A DNA stretch of 64,000 nucleotides, taken from Candidatus Ozemobacteraceae bacterium (GTDB taxonomy: Bacteria; Muiribacteriota; Ozemobacteria; Ozemobacterales; Ozemobacteraceae). The notes below the pieces were generated by a model. It was not told the origin of the DNA, made no database searches, and saw only the letters and a list, made by a program, of their open reading frames with translations. Both the position numbers and the translations under genes were made by a program. The stretch spans positions 1,504,001 to 1,568,000 of the forward strand of contig OZ223236.1 in NCBI GenBank assembly GCA_965140445.1, written 5' to 3'. Each line of letters starts with the position of its first letter. Position 1 is the stretch's first letter. This document shows positions 31,353-41,468 of this stretch, one piece after another.

Positions 31353-31912
31353 TTTCCGGTTCCTCTAATTATTTTTTGGGTGTTTGTCAGCTCTGATGGC
31401 TCCATTAAGCTGTCAATTCTTCTTTGATGAATGAAAACTTCAAGATCTCCAGGACGTTTAAACGGCGATGAAACAAAATTCGAGACAAAAAGTCCTCTGT
31501 CAGTTATTACATTGAATCTGATCCATCTAACCCACCAGTCTCTTTTCCATTTGCCTGTTACGACCCGCTTTCTTTCTGCGACTCTGACAACACTTGCGGG
31601 AGGCACTTCTATGATTCTTCTGCCATCCAGCCAGTTTTCGTTAATCAGATGTTTTTTATGACCTATCCAGGTATCAGCGGTAATAGCGTTTATATAAAGG
31701 GATTTATTGTAGTCGTCATTATAAACATCGAGGCATTCATTTATCACATATCTGTTGTATTGAACCATTAAGGTGTCGGCTCTGGCAATGACTCTTATAG
31801 GTAGGTCGTATTCAGCAAAAACTTTTGATAGAAAAGTTTCCGAATTGGAAAACAGGCAAAAAAAACAAAAGCCTGCCACGAAAAAAAATCGTAGCAGGCT
31901 TTTTTGAGTCAT
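31349..31912 (-). CDS. Hypothetical, possibly secreted protein (start uncertain)
   Basis: 187-aa ORF overlapping the PHP gene start; 5' end coincides with a terminator-like hairpin. Confidence 0.55.
   Translation of the reverse strand: MTQKSLLRFFFVAGFCFFCLFSNSETFLSKVFAEYDLPIRVIARADTLMVQYNRYVINECLDVYNDDYNKSLYINAITADTWIGHKKHLINENWLDGRRIIEVPPASVVRVAERKRVVTGKWKRDWWVRWIRFNVITDRGLFVSNFVSSPFKRPGDLEVFIHQRRIDSLMEPSELTNTQKIIRGTGK
31860..31905 (-). terminator. Terminator-like hairpin after fprA, inside the next ORF
   Basis: Minus strand AAAAGCCTGCTACGA-loop-TCGTGGCAGGCTTTT followed by GTTTTTTT. Confidence 0.65.
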
Positions 31913-31914
31913 TT

Positions 31915-33123
31915 TTACTTGGAATTGGCTTCCTTGATTTTTCTTCCCATTTCACGACCAAACTCGACACATTTTTCAAGGTCGGCGTCATGAGCGTTAA
32001 ATTGGAATTTTAAACCGGGTATAGCAACTTCTATGTGAGCAAGTTCAAGAGATTCTTCGATTCTCTTGATGCACTCTCCGCTCCATCCGTAGGTTCCGTA
32101 TGCAGCACCAATTTTCTTCTGGAATCTTAGTCCGCGAAGTTCTTCCAGGAATGGGGCAAGTGAAGGCATTATCCCGTTGTTAAGGGTGGGGGAGCCTACG
32201 ATTACCGCTTTGGTGGTAAGAATCTCTGTCATTACATCATTCAGGTCAGAAGCACCAGCTGAAAACATTTTATAGCTGACGCCTTCCTGGTCCAGTCCTC
32301 GGCAAACGGCTTTAGCCATTTTTTCTGTGGAGCCCCAGATTGTATCGAAGATTACAACAGCAGAATCAGTTGTGACGCCAGCAGCCCATTCAAGGTACTT
32401 ATTGATGATAACTTCTGGCTCTTTTCTCCATACCACGCCGTGTGCCGGGGCGATAATTTTTACTGGCCAGCCCAACCCCATGAATTCTTCAATCTTTCGA
32501 ACAATTTGCTTGGAATAAGGGGTAAGGATGTTGGCGAAGTATTTTTCTGCTTCAAACCAAAGTCCCTGGCGATCAATTTGATCTGCGAAAAGCTGCGAGC
32601 TGGCAAAATGCTGACCGAATGCATCGGCGGACATCAGGAGCTGTTGCTCTTCAACGTAGGTGAACATAGTATCTGGCCAATGAAGCATTTGAGCTTCAAA
32701 GAATTTCAGATTGTATTTGCCGGTATTAAGAGTGTCACCGGTTTTTACTGTCTCAAGATTTTCTACATAATCAGGGTGATGCCTTGAAATGGAAATTTTG
32801 CCACCCTTGCTGGAAATAATCTTTAAATTGGGGTTCTTAGCCATAAGCAGTGGCAGAGAACTGGCGTGATCTGGTTCTGCGTGATTTATGATTAAATAAT
32901 CAAGCTCTGAAACAGGACAAATTTCTTCAATATTTTTTACAAAAGTATCAAAATGAGTGTATTTGACCAAATCAATTAAAATCTTTTTTTCATCGTCTAT
33001 CAGATAAGAATTGTAGCTTGTTCCGTGTCTGATGGATAATTCATGACCATGAAAATGTTCAATGCTCCATTCCAGAGCCCCTACCCAGTAAATATTTTCG
33101 CTGACTGGATGTTTCAATTTCAT
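31915..33123 (-). CDS. fprA: Flavodiiron protein (FprA; O2/NO reductase)
   Basis: GTSYNSYLI, NHAEPDH, LHWPD, SADAFGQH, APAHG, flavodoxin GSPT and GTYGWSGE. Confidence 0.93.
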   Translation of the reverse strand: MKLKHPVSENIYWVGALEWSIEHFHGHELSIRHGTSYNSYLIDDEKKILIDLVKYTHFDTFVKNIEEICPVSELDYLIINHAEPDHASSLPLLMAKNPNLKIISSKGGKISISRHHPDYVENLETVKTGDTLNTGKYNLKFFEAQMLHWPDTMFTYVEEQQLLMSADAFGQHFASSQLFADQIDRQGLWFEAEKYFANILTPYSKQIVRKIEEFMGLGWPVKIIAPAHGVVWRKEPEVIINKYLEWAAGVTTDSAVVIFDTIWGSTEKMAKAVCRGLDQEGVSYKMFSAGASDLNDVMTEILTTKAVIVGSPTLNNGIMPSLAPFLEELRGLRFQKKIGAAYGTYGWSGECIKRIEESLELAHIEVAIPGLKFQFNAHDADLEKCVEFGREMGRKIKEANSK

Positions 33124-33160
33124 GCCTCCTGTGAGTGTATACTATTTTGTTAACACTGAA

Positions 33161-33242
33161 AATCTAGCACAAAGTTGAATTTAGTCAAACATTATTGTAC
33201 ATTAAATGTATTGTTGACTTGTTATAACACTAAGTGTAGATT
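33161..33242. promoter_or_regulatory. Divergent sigma70 promoters for fprA and floA
   Basis: Plus strand TTGACT(33214)-17-TAGATT; minus strand TTGACT(33188)-16-TAGATT with extended TGn. Confidence 0.55.
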
Positions 33243-33271
33243 CAAATAAGACTGATCTGAAGGGGAACAAT

Positions 33272-34234
33272 ATGGGCTATCTTATAATTATGGTTTTATT
33301 GCTGGGAGCTTTCGTATTCTTTTATATGTTAAGTTTGTTTCCAGTCTCACTATACATAAAATGCATGTCGGCTGGTGTTCCCTGCACGCCTTTTCAGCTT
33401 ATTGCCATGCAGTTAAGAAAAGTTCCAACTTCTCAGATTATCGATTATTACGTAAAAGCAAGAAAAGCGGGATTGGGTGTAGAGCTTGACAGGCTGGAAG
33501 TCCATATGCTTTCTGGCGGAAACCTGGGAAATGTTATTCAGGCATTGATTAGTGCGAGCCGTTCTAATATCCCTCTGGATTTTGAAAAAGCTTCCGCAAT
33601 TGATTTGGCTGGTCGTGATGTAAGTGATGCAGTCAGAATGAGTGTACAACCTCGCGTTTTGAAGTCACCAAATATTCATGGTATTGCAAAAGACGGAATT
33701 GAATTGATCGCAAGAGCTAATATTACTGTTAGAGCTAATCTTAATACTATGGTTGGTGGAGCGGGCGAAGATACTGTTCTGGCAAGAGTTTGTGAGGGAA
33801 TTGTATCCGCAATGGGTTCAGCTGAAACTCACTCCATAGTTCTTAACAAGCCTGAGATGTTAACCAGAAAGATCATGGAAAAGGGTTTGGACTCAGGAAC
33901 AGCATTTGAAATTGTTTCATTGGATATTTCTGATATTGACGTAGGAAGAAATATTGGAGCCCATTTAAAGAATGATCAGGCAGTTGCAGACAAGAAAGTT
34001 GCTGAAGCAAAAGCTGAAGGCAGAAGAGCTCTGGCTGTAGCGCAGACTCAAGAAAATAAAGCTTCAGAACAGGAAGCTAGAGCTAAAGTTATTGAAGCAG
34101 AAATGAAAATCCCAATGTCACTTGCTGACAGTTTCAGAAAAGGCAAGATCATAGTAAAAAGAAAGAAAAAAGCCGGCCAGGAACAAAAGCCGGAAACGAA
34201 AACCGGGTTAGGATTCGGAGATGACCTTGGTTGA
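33272..34234 (+). CDS. floA: Flotillin-like protein FloA (YqfA family)
   Basis: LEVHMLSGG, AIDLAGRDV, AKDGIELIARA..TVRAN..VGGAGEDTVLARVCEGIVS, GLDSGTAFEI. Confidence 0.9.
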   Translation: MGYLIIMVLLLGAFVFFYMLSLFPVSLYIKCMSAGVPCTPFQLIAMQLRKVPTSQIIDYYVKARKAGLGVELDRLEVHMLSGGNLGNVIQALISASRSNIPLDFEKASAIDLAGRDVSDAVRMSVQPRVLKSPNIHGIAKDGIELIARANITVRANLNTMVGGAGEDTVLARVCEGIVSAMGSAETHSIVLNKPEMLTRKIMEKGLDSGTAFEIVSLDISDIDVGRNIGAHLKNDQAVADKKVAEAKAEGRRALAVAQTQENKASEQEARAKVIEAEMKIPMSLADSFRKGKIIVKRKKKAGQEQKPETKTGLGFGDDLG

Positions 34235-34487
34235 TGATATTCCAGCTGTCTCCAGAGAACAGCTGGAAAAAATGAATCAGATTCATCGTCGGGAACTTCG
34301 GCAAATAAAGAATATGACGGAATTGCAGTTCCAGGCTTTTAAAAGGAATTTCTCCTTTGGGCATCTTGAAGGGATTTCAAAACCCGAGGCCAGCGAATTG
34401 CTTACGTCAATGATTGCATTGAATCTTAAGCTTTTAAATGATTGCCCTCCAAGTGATCAAGATCAATGTAGAGAGAGCAAAATCTAG
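34221..34487 (+). CDS. Small hypothetical protein
   Basis: 88-aa ORF overlapping the floA end. Confidence 0.5.
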   Translation: MTLVDDIPAVSREQLEKMNQIHRRELRQIKNMTELQFQAFKRNFSFGHLEGISKPEASELLTSMIALNLKLLNDCPPSDQDQCRESKI

Positions 34488-34491
34488 CGAT

Positions 34492-34851
34492 ATGTGGTAT
34501 TCGGAAAGCGAACGGCATCACTTTATCAGCTGTAGCAAGATTGTATATTTTTTTAAAATAGTCACTGAGATAGGCATATTATTAGCCTTTATCGGTGGCT
34601 TTTTTAGTTTGTTTCATGTGTTTCGATGCTTTTTAAACCATATGCCATTATCTGTTTGGGGTGGTCAGTTTCTTTTCTGGCTGGTGCTTGGCATTGTTTT
34701 TATTGTTTTAAACAAACTCTGCTGGATGCTTATTAGAAAGTGTGGCTTCCGATTTGATTATGTTCATGATCGGCCCGAGAAAAATGAAAATAGCTCCGGG
34801 AAGGAAGCTCAAGATGACTCAGAATCTGCAATGGATTCTGTTTCTGACTGA
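34492..34851 (+). CDS. Small two-TM membrane protein
   Basis: Two hydrophobic segments and an acidic tail; likely start ATG 34492. Confidence 0.55.
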   Translation: MWYSESERHHFISCSKIVYFFKIVTEIGILLAFIGGFFSLFHVFRCFLNHMPLSVWGGQFLFWLVLGIVFIVLNKLCWMLIRKCGFRFDYVHDRPEKNENSSGKEAQDDSESAMDSVSD

Positions 34852-34904
34852 TCAGTTCTGATTTTTTTTATTCCTGGCGGTTTATCGATTACTATACTTA
34901 AAAC

Positions 34905-34942
34905 AAAAAAAGCCCCTGAAAATTCTTTCAGGGGCTTTTTTT
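34905..34942. terminator. Bidirectional terminator
   Basis: AAAAAAAGCCCCTGAA...TTCAGGGGCTTTTTTT. Confidence 0.85.
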
Positions 34943-34953
34943 AATATATTTTA

Positions 34954-36150
34954 CTATGGGGTGTTTGAAGCAACGGGAGTTGCTATTTCAGAAGATGTTG
35001 AAGCAGTTATTAAATTCTTTACTGCATTTTGAATTTTCGAGGTGTCTGGAGTCTGTTCACTTTCTGTTGCGGTAATGGTAGCTGTTCCTGAAGATAGTGG
35101 TTGTTCCATTACTTTTTGTGGTTTTAAATCACCGGTTTCTTTTGCATTGGCAATTTCTCTGTTGCTGGTCTGGAAAAGAATGACTGTATAAGCAAAGTAA
35201 ACCAGGAGCAGAAGAATTCCTTCGCCTCTAACTATTTTTAATCCCGTAGACATAATAGGTAGAACGCCAAGGCTCACAACTACCATCAGAGGTATATGGA
35301 TTCCGATCATGTTATCAGATACCCGCAGCACATTTCCCGCATCAGGAGCATTGAATGAACAGGCTACTGCTGCCAGGCCAATGATTCCGAGAATGTTAAA
35401 AATATTGGAACCGACAACGTTGCCAAGTGTGATGTCTGACTTTCCTTTTCTGGAGGCGGCAACTGAGGTAGCCAGCTCCGGAAGTGAAGTTCCAATGGCT
35501 ATTAGAGTTAGCGCTATGACTTCATCTGAAACCCCAACGCTTTTTGCTATGGCGGTAGCTCCTCTGACCAGAGCTTCTGCTCCAATTATTAAGCCAATCA
35601 GACCACCACCCATAATCATGAGGTTGGAGAAATTCGAGGTTTGTTTTGAAGTTTGAACATCGCCAAGAAGATCTTCTTCGAGCGCCTTTTTATCGGTTTC
35701 CTGATTTGCCCATTTGTAGCTTAAATAGTTGTAAAGGAAGAAAAGAGAGAGTAAAACCAGACCTTCATTTCTGGAAATAATTTGTTCGGTATGAGCCATC
35801 CACCATACTAGTGCGGCCGAACCAATCATTATGGGAACTTCCCGGCGGATTAGTTGCTTGGTGCAGGTTATGGGTTGAATGATGGCGGCAATTCCCAGGA
35901 TTAGTGCAGCATTCATTATGTTTGATCCAACTGCGTTACCCACGGAAATTTCTGGATTTCCTTTAAACGAAGCGCTAAGGCTGATAACCATTTCAGGAAG
36001 AGATGTTCCAAATGCTACGACAGTCAGGCCGATGACCATTGGGCTAATTCCCAGCTTTTCAGCAAGGTTTGAGGCTCCTTCAACCATCTTGTCTGCCGAA
36101 TATGAAAGTACAACAAAACCAATAATACAGAGTACAAAATTCAAAAGCAT
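34954..36150 (-). CDS. Calcium/sodium antiporter (YrbG/CaCA family)
   Basis: Two alpha repeats GTSLPE...GNAVGSN and GTSLPE...GNVVGSN; start probably MLLNFVL; S/T-rich tail. Confidence 0.92.
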   Translation of the reverse strand: MLLNFVLCIIGFVVLSYSADKMVEGASNLAEKLGISPMVIGLTVVAFGTSLPEMVISLSASFKGNPEISVGNAVGSNIMNAALILGIAAIIQPITCTKQLIRREVPIMIGSAALVWWMAHTEQIISRNEGLVLLSLFFLYNYLSYKWANQETDKKALEEDLLGDVQTSKQTSNFSNLMIMGGGLIGLIIGAEALVRGATAIAKSVGVSDEVIALTLIAIGTSLPELATSVAASRKGKSDITLGNVVGSNIFNILGIIGLAAVACSFNAPDAGNVLRVSDNMIGIHIPLMVVVSLGVLPIMSTGLKIVRGEGILLLLVYFAYTVILFQTSNREIANAKETGDLKPQKVMEQPLSSGTATITATESEQTPDTSKIQNAVKNLITASTSSEIATPVASNTP

Positions 36151-36344
36151 TTTTAGTAGCTGCTCCTGTCTAGAATCCAGATTTAAAACAATTCTAAGCA
36201 CCAGATCAATTTAAAGCAACAATTTTGTTTTATGGGGCAGGAGTCTTATTGTTTTTGAGTGAAAAAAAAAGACTCTGAATTTTCTTCAGAGTCTTGATTG
36301 AATTTTTTTAAACTATTTTCGCGAAAGTTTAAATTCCGGGTAGG

Positions 36345-36959
36345 TTAATTAATTTTTTCTGTTTTCAGGAGCTTAAATGCGCCTTTTTCGTGTTTAAAAA
36401 AGTAGAGGCCTGCAGATGCCTTCTGGCCAGCTTTGGTTGGGTAAATTTTTCCAAGGGCTCTAAGGCTGTTGTCTGCCAGAACAGTCATATCCTGACCGTT
36501 ATCCTGGGGCATGTCAGAGACCATGAAATCTCTGTGCATGCTGGCATCTTTGCTGTCAATAAACTTCATTGGTAGAAATTTGCGTTTTGCAGCATCAAAT
36601 TTGAAAACATATAAAGCACTTGAGGGGCCATAATAAGCGGCTGTAATAACTTCGGGGACTCCATCACCTGTGACGTCTTTAACGGTAAGGCTGGTTTTAT
36701 CATCCCCTACTGTAAAAAATTTGTCTTCAATACCAATTTCATTCATATCAAGAAGAGATTCTCCCGACTTTGATGAAATACGGATGCCAACGTTATTGTT
36801 TGCTTTATATTTTTCAACGCTAAGGTTTTCTCCGGAATCTTTTATGGTGAAAACTGCGCTTGATAAGATTTGTTTGTCATCTGATTGCTTTGCGGCAAGC
36901 GCAAAGTGTGTTGAAACTATTAAAGCGCCAATTATCAAAATTGTGAACAGTCTTTTCAT
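36345..36959 (-). CDS. Secreted hypothetical protein with a DxTGDGxPE loop
   Basis: Signal peptide ending ALA; DVTGDGVPEVI (FG-GAP/VCBS-like). Confidence 0.6.
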   Translation of the reverse strand: MKRLFTILIIGALIVSTHFALAAKQSDDKQILSSAVFTIKDSGENLSVEKYKANNNVGIRISSKSGESLLDMNEIGIEDKFFTVGDDKTSLTVKDVTGDGVPEVITAAYYGPSSALYVFKFDAAKRKFLPMKFIDSKDASMHRDFMVSDMPQDNGQDMTVLADNSLRALGKIYPTKAGQKASAGLYFFKHEKGAFKLLKTEKIN

Positions 36960-36976
36960 GATCGTTCTCCTAAATC

Positions 36977-37804
36977 CTAGTTGTTGTATTGGTAGAAGTT
37001 ATTGCTTCTCATGATGCTGATGAGCTTATTTGCATATTCAGGATCTGTTGCATAGCCAGCTCTTTGAAGTTCTCTTGCAAACTGGTCTGGATTGTTCCTG
37101 TTAGCCATTGCTTGAGAATATCTTGAGTTCTGTAACAGTCTACCATGATCTTCGATTGATTCGGCCCATGAATTGTATTTTCTGAATCTGTCATTTATGG
37201 TAACCATTCTTCCGTTCTGGTATTCCTGGGTTGGAACAGTTATTGAACCAGCAGGGCCACTTCCTTTTATGCCGAAAAGATTCTTGGCATCGCCAATTGA
37301 AGATCCACCCCAACCAGTTTCAAGGGCAGCCTGTGCAAGGACTATTGATGCCGGAACGCCAGTTCTTCTTTGTGATTCTCTTGCAACCGGACCAAAGAGT
37401 CGGCCAAATTCTGCTGGAGAAAGTCTTCCACCTTGATAATTGGCAAGAGCTGCTTCTGCTGCACTTGGAGAGGTTGAAGTACCTGTGCTTGTTGAAGTCT
37501 GGGTTGGAGTCTCTTGATCACCTGCGCTTGTTATCTGGGTCTGAGCATTGGTATTTGTATTATTCTCCGTTGGGGTTGTATTTGTTGTGGTATTGGTATT
37601 TGTATTCTGTGAAGGGAAGGCGCTGCTTATATCGTTTGCAGCTGTTTGAACTGTGCTGATAACCTGTTGAATTGCAGGGACTGCCTGCTGAATTCCCTGG
37701 GAAATCTGATTCACTACTTCCATGATTTTACTGGCGTCACAACCGGTGAGAAACATGGATGCTGTAAGAAGCATGAAAATAGATAGTTTTTTAAACCTTT
37801 GCAC
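36977..37804 (-). CDS. Lipoprotein with GH73 (FlgJ-like) peptidoglycan hydrolase domain
   Basis: Lipobox LTGC; T/N-rich linker; LAQAALETGWG, NLFGIKG, FRKYNSWAES, GYATDPEY; GTG start after GGAGG. Confidence 0.88.
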   Translation of the reverse strand: MQRFKKLSIFMLLTASMFLTGCDASKIMEVVNQISQGIQQAVPAIQQVISTVQTAANDISSAFPSQNTNTNTTTNTTPTENNTNTNAQTQITSAGDQETPTQTSTSTGTSTSPSAAEAALANYQGGRLSPAEFGRLFGPVARESQRRTGVPASIVLAQAALETGWGGSSIGDAKNLFGIKGSGPAGSITVPTQEYQNGRMVTINDRFRKYNSWAESIEDHGRLLQNSRYSQAMANRNNPDQFARELQRAGYATDPEYANKLISIMRSNNFYQYNN

Positions 37805-37967
37805 GGTGATTCCTCCAAATTTTGAGAAATAAAATGTTTTCAATGAATTTATTCTTGATACTTTAAATACGCCTGTAATTTTAAAAAGTAACAAAAATTG
37901 AAAAAAGGCCTTTTCAGGCCTTTTTGAATTTTAGCTTTTGCTTTTTGGTGTTATTTTCATTTTTTTA

Positions 37968-38444
37968 TCAGGCAAACATTTGTCTTGCCAATTTTACTGC
38001 CTGAATCTTCTTTTCCATTTCTTCTGCTTTTTGCGGATCTGCTTCAGTCTGAGCTTTTAGCTCAAGCTCAATAATGTTCTTGTCCAAGCCTTTTACAATG
38101 TCTTTTCCAAGGATTAGACGAAGTGGAAGCAGTATCAGTCTGATAAGAGAGACCATTTCAGGGGCGATTTCAAGCTTGTCCCCAGAATCCTTTTGATCCA
38201 GGTTTAAACTGAATACCTGTAGACTGTTTTTTATGCAAAACAGCTTAAAGGTCACCTGTTGAAAGTCTTTGTTATTATGGGTTAATTCCCAGGAGCCCTC
38301 TTCTATTTTTGATTCAAAGTCTCTGAAGTTCACGCAAATTCGAAATGGAATGAATTTACTGAGAACTGTAAGAAATATCTTAAAAGCGTATGCTTGTAAG
38401 ATAAATCTTAAGATGAATCTGAGAATTTTAAATGGATTAATCAT
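37968..38444 (-). CDS. Hypothetical protein
   Basis: 158-aa ORF followed by a terminator at 37901-37925. Confidence 0.5.
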   Translation of the reverse strand: MINPFKILRFILRFILQAYAFKIFLTVLSKFIPFRICVNFRDFESKIEEGSWELTHNNKDFQQVTFKLFCIKNSLQVFSLNLDQKDSGDKLEIAPEMVSLIRLILLPLRLILGKDIVKGLDKNIIELELKAQTEADPQKAEEMEKKIQAVKLARQMFA

Positions 38445-38458
38445 CGCTTAACAATTGA

Positions 38459-39172
38459 TTAGAAAGCTACTGAGAGTCCTACCCAATGTTCATGAGCTTT
38501 TCCAGGGTTTACTTCTTTAAGCAAAACCCAGGTGTGGCTGTAGAAAGGTGTAAAAGTAAATTTTCCAGAAGTCATTGGGAAAGCAAGGGTCATATTGAAA
38601 TCACTGAATCCAGAAGCACTGACCCATTGTTTTTGGTTGTAGCCAATTGAAGAGCTGATTTCCATATTGTTGGATTTTGAAAGTTTAATTTCTTTCGAAA
38701 GCTTAAGTTGGCCATAAAAACCGTTCCCGTTTTTGAAATCCTGATAAAGAGAGATTTCCGGGTTGAGGTCACAATTTTGCCATGCCAGTGTTACATATGT
38801 TTCCATGGAAGTGTTTTTCTTGTGACTGAAGTCTTTTGCCCAATACCAGCCATAGTGTATTAAACCAGCTGATACAGCGATAGAGCCTGTTACTGGAAAA
38901 TCATAGTTGAAAGTAAGGTCTAATTCATTGAGATCTTTATCTTTTTTTGAAAGGCTCATCCATGCGTTTACTGACCAGTTGCTGTTTGGAAACTGATAGT
39001 TGGCTGATGGCTGAATGACAAATTGATTATTCGGGTTAAGGTCAAAACCTCTCCAAATATAGCGTGAGGCATAATCTAACTGATAGTCGACTTTTGCCTG
39101 GGCGGTAACCGCACTAAATAAGAAAACAAAAAGAAAAATTCCAGCTACAACCAAATAACTGTTTCTGTGCAT
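38459..39172 (-). CDS. TorF/TIGR02001-like outer-membrane beta-barrel
   Basis: Signal peptide, ASRYIWRG, ELDLTFNY, aromatic alternation, C-terminal Phe; start ATG 39172 after GAGGAG. Confidence 0.72.
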   Translation of the reverse strand: MHRNSYLVVAGIFLFVFLFSAVTAQAKVDYQLDYASRYIWRGFDLNPNNQFVIQPSANYQFPNSNWSVNAWMSLSKKDKDLNELDLTFNYDFPVTGSIAVSAGLIHYGWYWAKDFSHKKNTSMETYVTLAWQNCDLNPEISLYQDFKNGNGFYGQLKLSKEIKLSKSNNMEISSSIGYNQKQWVSASGFSDFNMTLAFPMTSGKFTFTPFYSHTWVLLKEVNPGKAHEHWVGLSVAF

Positions 39173-39371
39173 GAAATACTCCTCTATCCACTTTATAAGT
39201 TTGAATAAACCAAAGAATTTCAGCAATTATACAACAATTTTTCCAGTTTACCTAAAAAATTACCGTTGCCATTCTGGGTTTAATTTCAAACTCAATCGCA
39301 AAAGCATTTAAGGGAAATTTTAACTTGAGCAAAAAAAAACAGCTCTGCAATAGCGCAGAGCTGAGATTTCT

Positions 39372-41468
39372 TTATTTGGATTCTTCAGCTTGTGGCAAAG
39401 TGGGAGGGATTGCTTTATCCTGGTCGGGTTGGTTTGGGTTATCGGACTGGGAAGGCTGATCCGGCTGGTCCGCGTAGACTCCAATTTTTCCCATTTGTGT
39501 TTTGAGCTTAAAGATAGGTGAGTTTTCATCTTTGGCAACTGAAGAAAATTCATTTTTAATTTTACCCATCTGCGTAGATGCTCTTATTTCAGGATTGCAA
39601 TTAGCTGGCAGACTTATTTTTACAGATCCAACCTGTGAAGATAGTGTACAGTCGAAGTTGGGAAGAACTTTCTCAGCGGAAAACTTCACTGATCCGGTTT
39701 GAGTTTTACCGGTTAACTTGTTTCCAGTACAATTCGTTATCCGGATTCCACCAACCTGAGTGTCAATGTTAGAGTTTGAAAAGGTTGTTTCATCCAGACT
39801 AACTTTTCCCACATCTGATTCCAGTTTAAGGGTGTCTACTTTGCTGTTAGATAGCTCAACATGCCCAACTCTTGTTCTTGCGTTAAGATTTTTTCCCTGA
39901 ATATCCCGTAGCTCTACATAGCCAACGTTTGAATAGATTTCTGCAGAATCAAAAATTAGACTTCGCCCTGTAAATCTGCCCACATCAAGTTTGAAATTAC
40001 AATCTTTGACCTTCATTCTGCTGGCATCAATATAACCATCGTGGATATCCACATTTACCAGAGGGGAAGAAATATCTCTTAAAGTAAGGTTTCCGCGATC
40101 GATTTTTAAATTAAGTGGTTGATTTATATTGGCGAAGAGAACCTCGCCAGACCTGTTACTTTCGTCGGTGAAGTTGCACTCTAATTTGTGGTTTTCCGGT
40201 ATATAAACATTTAGTTCAAGCTCCTGAGAAGGATAAAACCACCATCCATAATCAAGCAGTTCGCACTCTATTTTAAGTTCCCCATTTGGAGTGACTTTTT
40301 GACTTACTTTTATCTTATCAGCGTTTTCTGAACTTCTTTCAGTGTTAAAACCTCTGGCCCGTTTAACCGTTTCTACTTTGATGTCTTTTAAGCTCGAATC
40401 AGAGAATACTTGAACAATTTTGTTTGCCCATATTGCATTCTCCTTGGAAAATTCAATGGCGAGTTTATTTATTGAATCAGCTTTGTAGGTAAGCATTCCC
40501 GTCGTGTAAGACTTGGTTTTAGTGCCGATTTTATAGACTCCAAAAAGAACTCCCTGCATGGAGATTGAGAAAATTGCTACGAGGATCAATAGCCTTTTGG
40601 TATTTAGACTCAGGATCGTTCGCTTAAAGAGCAGACCCGTTGAAAAGTTTACCAGGACGGTTATAAAGCAAGCTCCTATAAGAAAGTTCGCTATTCCTGA
40701 CAAAAGTCCTGGGAGGCCAATAACATAATATGCCCAAAGGTCTCCTGAAGGCATTCCAGTGATGCCAAATTCATACATTAATTTGGAAAAACCAGCTAGA
40801 GAGATAACTCCAAGTGCAAAACACAGAGGTAGTATGGCAAATACGATTATTGCAGCTTTTACTCCGGTTTCAAGAACTCTGATTGCCATGCTGGAGCTGT
40901 TTTGATTGTCTCCGTTCATTTCTTCTACAGGGATCAAAAAACCAATTATAAAGTATGCAACTAAACCTATTCCTGAGAACATAAACAGCAAGCGAACCAG
41001 AAGTGGTGAAATCCCCCAATATTCCCCGATACCTCCGCAGACTCCCATTAACCAGGCGTTTTTTCGTGATCTTCGGAATGGAGGACGACGAAACTTGTGT
41101 TTCCAGCTCTCTTTTTGTGAGTTCTCTGCTTTTGGGGAATCAGATGTATCTTTTTCTGCAGATTGAGCGGTTTCGACAAGCTCTTTCTCATAAATGTTGT
41201 CAGAAAGACTTTCTATGAGCTCTTCTTTTGAACCCAGAGAACAAAGAAGCTCCATCATTATTTGAGCGTCAATTTCGGTAACTTTAAGTTTGTCCAACTC
41301 TTCTCTGATAGCTATGGAAAGATGTTCAACCAGGGAAGCGAAAAAATCTTCCTGAGTTTCAGCTGGAATGGCATTTTTTTCGGCCAGGATCTTTAATGAA
41401 TCAAAATAGTTTTCTGCTACCATTTTGGCTTCTTTGGTAATTTCTGAAATGCTTAGTAAAACTTTCAT
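39372..41468 (-). CDS. PspC-domain membrane protein with N-terminal HAAS-like region and C-terminal DUF4097 (toastrack) repeats
   Basis: RRSRKNAWLMGVCGGIGEYWGISPLLVRL (PspC); repeated xxxVGxVxL strands; followed by a terminator at 39331-39363. Confidence 0.82.
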   Translation of the reverse strand: MKVLLSISEITKEAKMVAENYFDSLKILAEKNAIPAETQEDFFASLVEHLSIAIREELDKLKVTEIDAQIMMELLCSLGSKEELIESLSDNIYEKELVETAQSAEKDTSDSPKAENSQKESWKHKFRRPPFRRSRKNAWLMGVCGGIGEYWGISPLLVRLLFMFSGIGLVAYFIIGFLIPVEEMNGDNQNSSSMAIRVLETGVKAAIIVFAILPLCFALGVISLAGFSKLMYEFGITGMPSGDLWAYYVIGLPGLLSGIANFLIGACFITVLVNFSTGLLFKRTILSLNTKRLLILVAIFSISMQGVLFGVYKIGTKTKSYTTGMLTYKADSINKLAIEFSKENAIWANKIVQVFSDSSLKDIKVETVKRARGFNTERSSENADKIKVSQKVTPNGELKIECELLDYGWWFYPSQELELNVYIPENHKLECNFTDESNRSGEVLFANINQPLNLKIDRGNLTLRDISSPLVNVDIHDGYIDASRMKVKDCNFKLDVGRFTGRSLIFDSAEIYSNVGYVELRDIQGKNLNARTRVGHVELSNSKVDTLKLESDVGKVSLDETTFSNSNIDTQVGGIRITNCTGNKLTGKTQTGSVKFSAEKVLPNFDCTLSSQVGSVKISLPANCNPEIRASTQMGKIKNEFSSVAKDENSPIFKLKTQMGKIGVYADQPDQPSQSDNPNQPDQDKAIPPTLPQAEESK

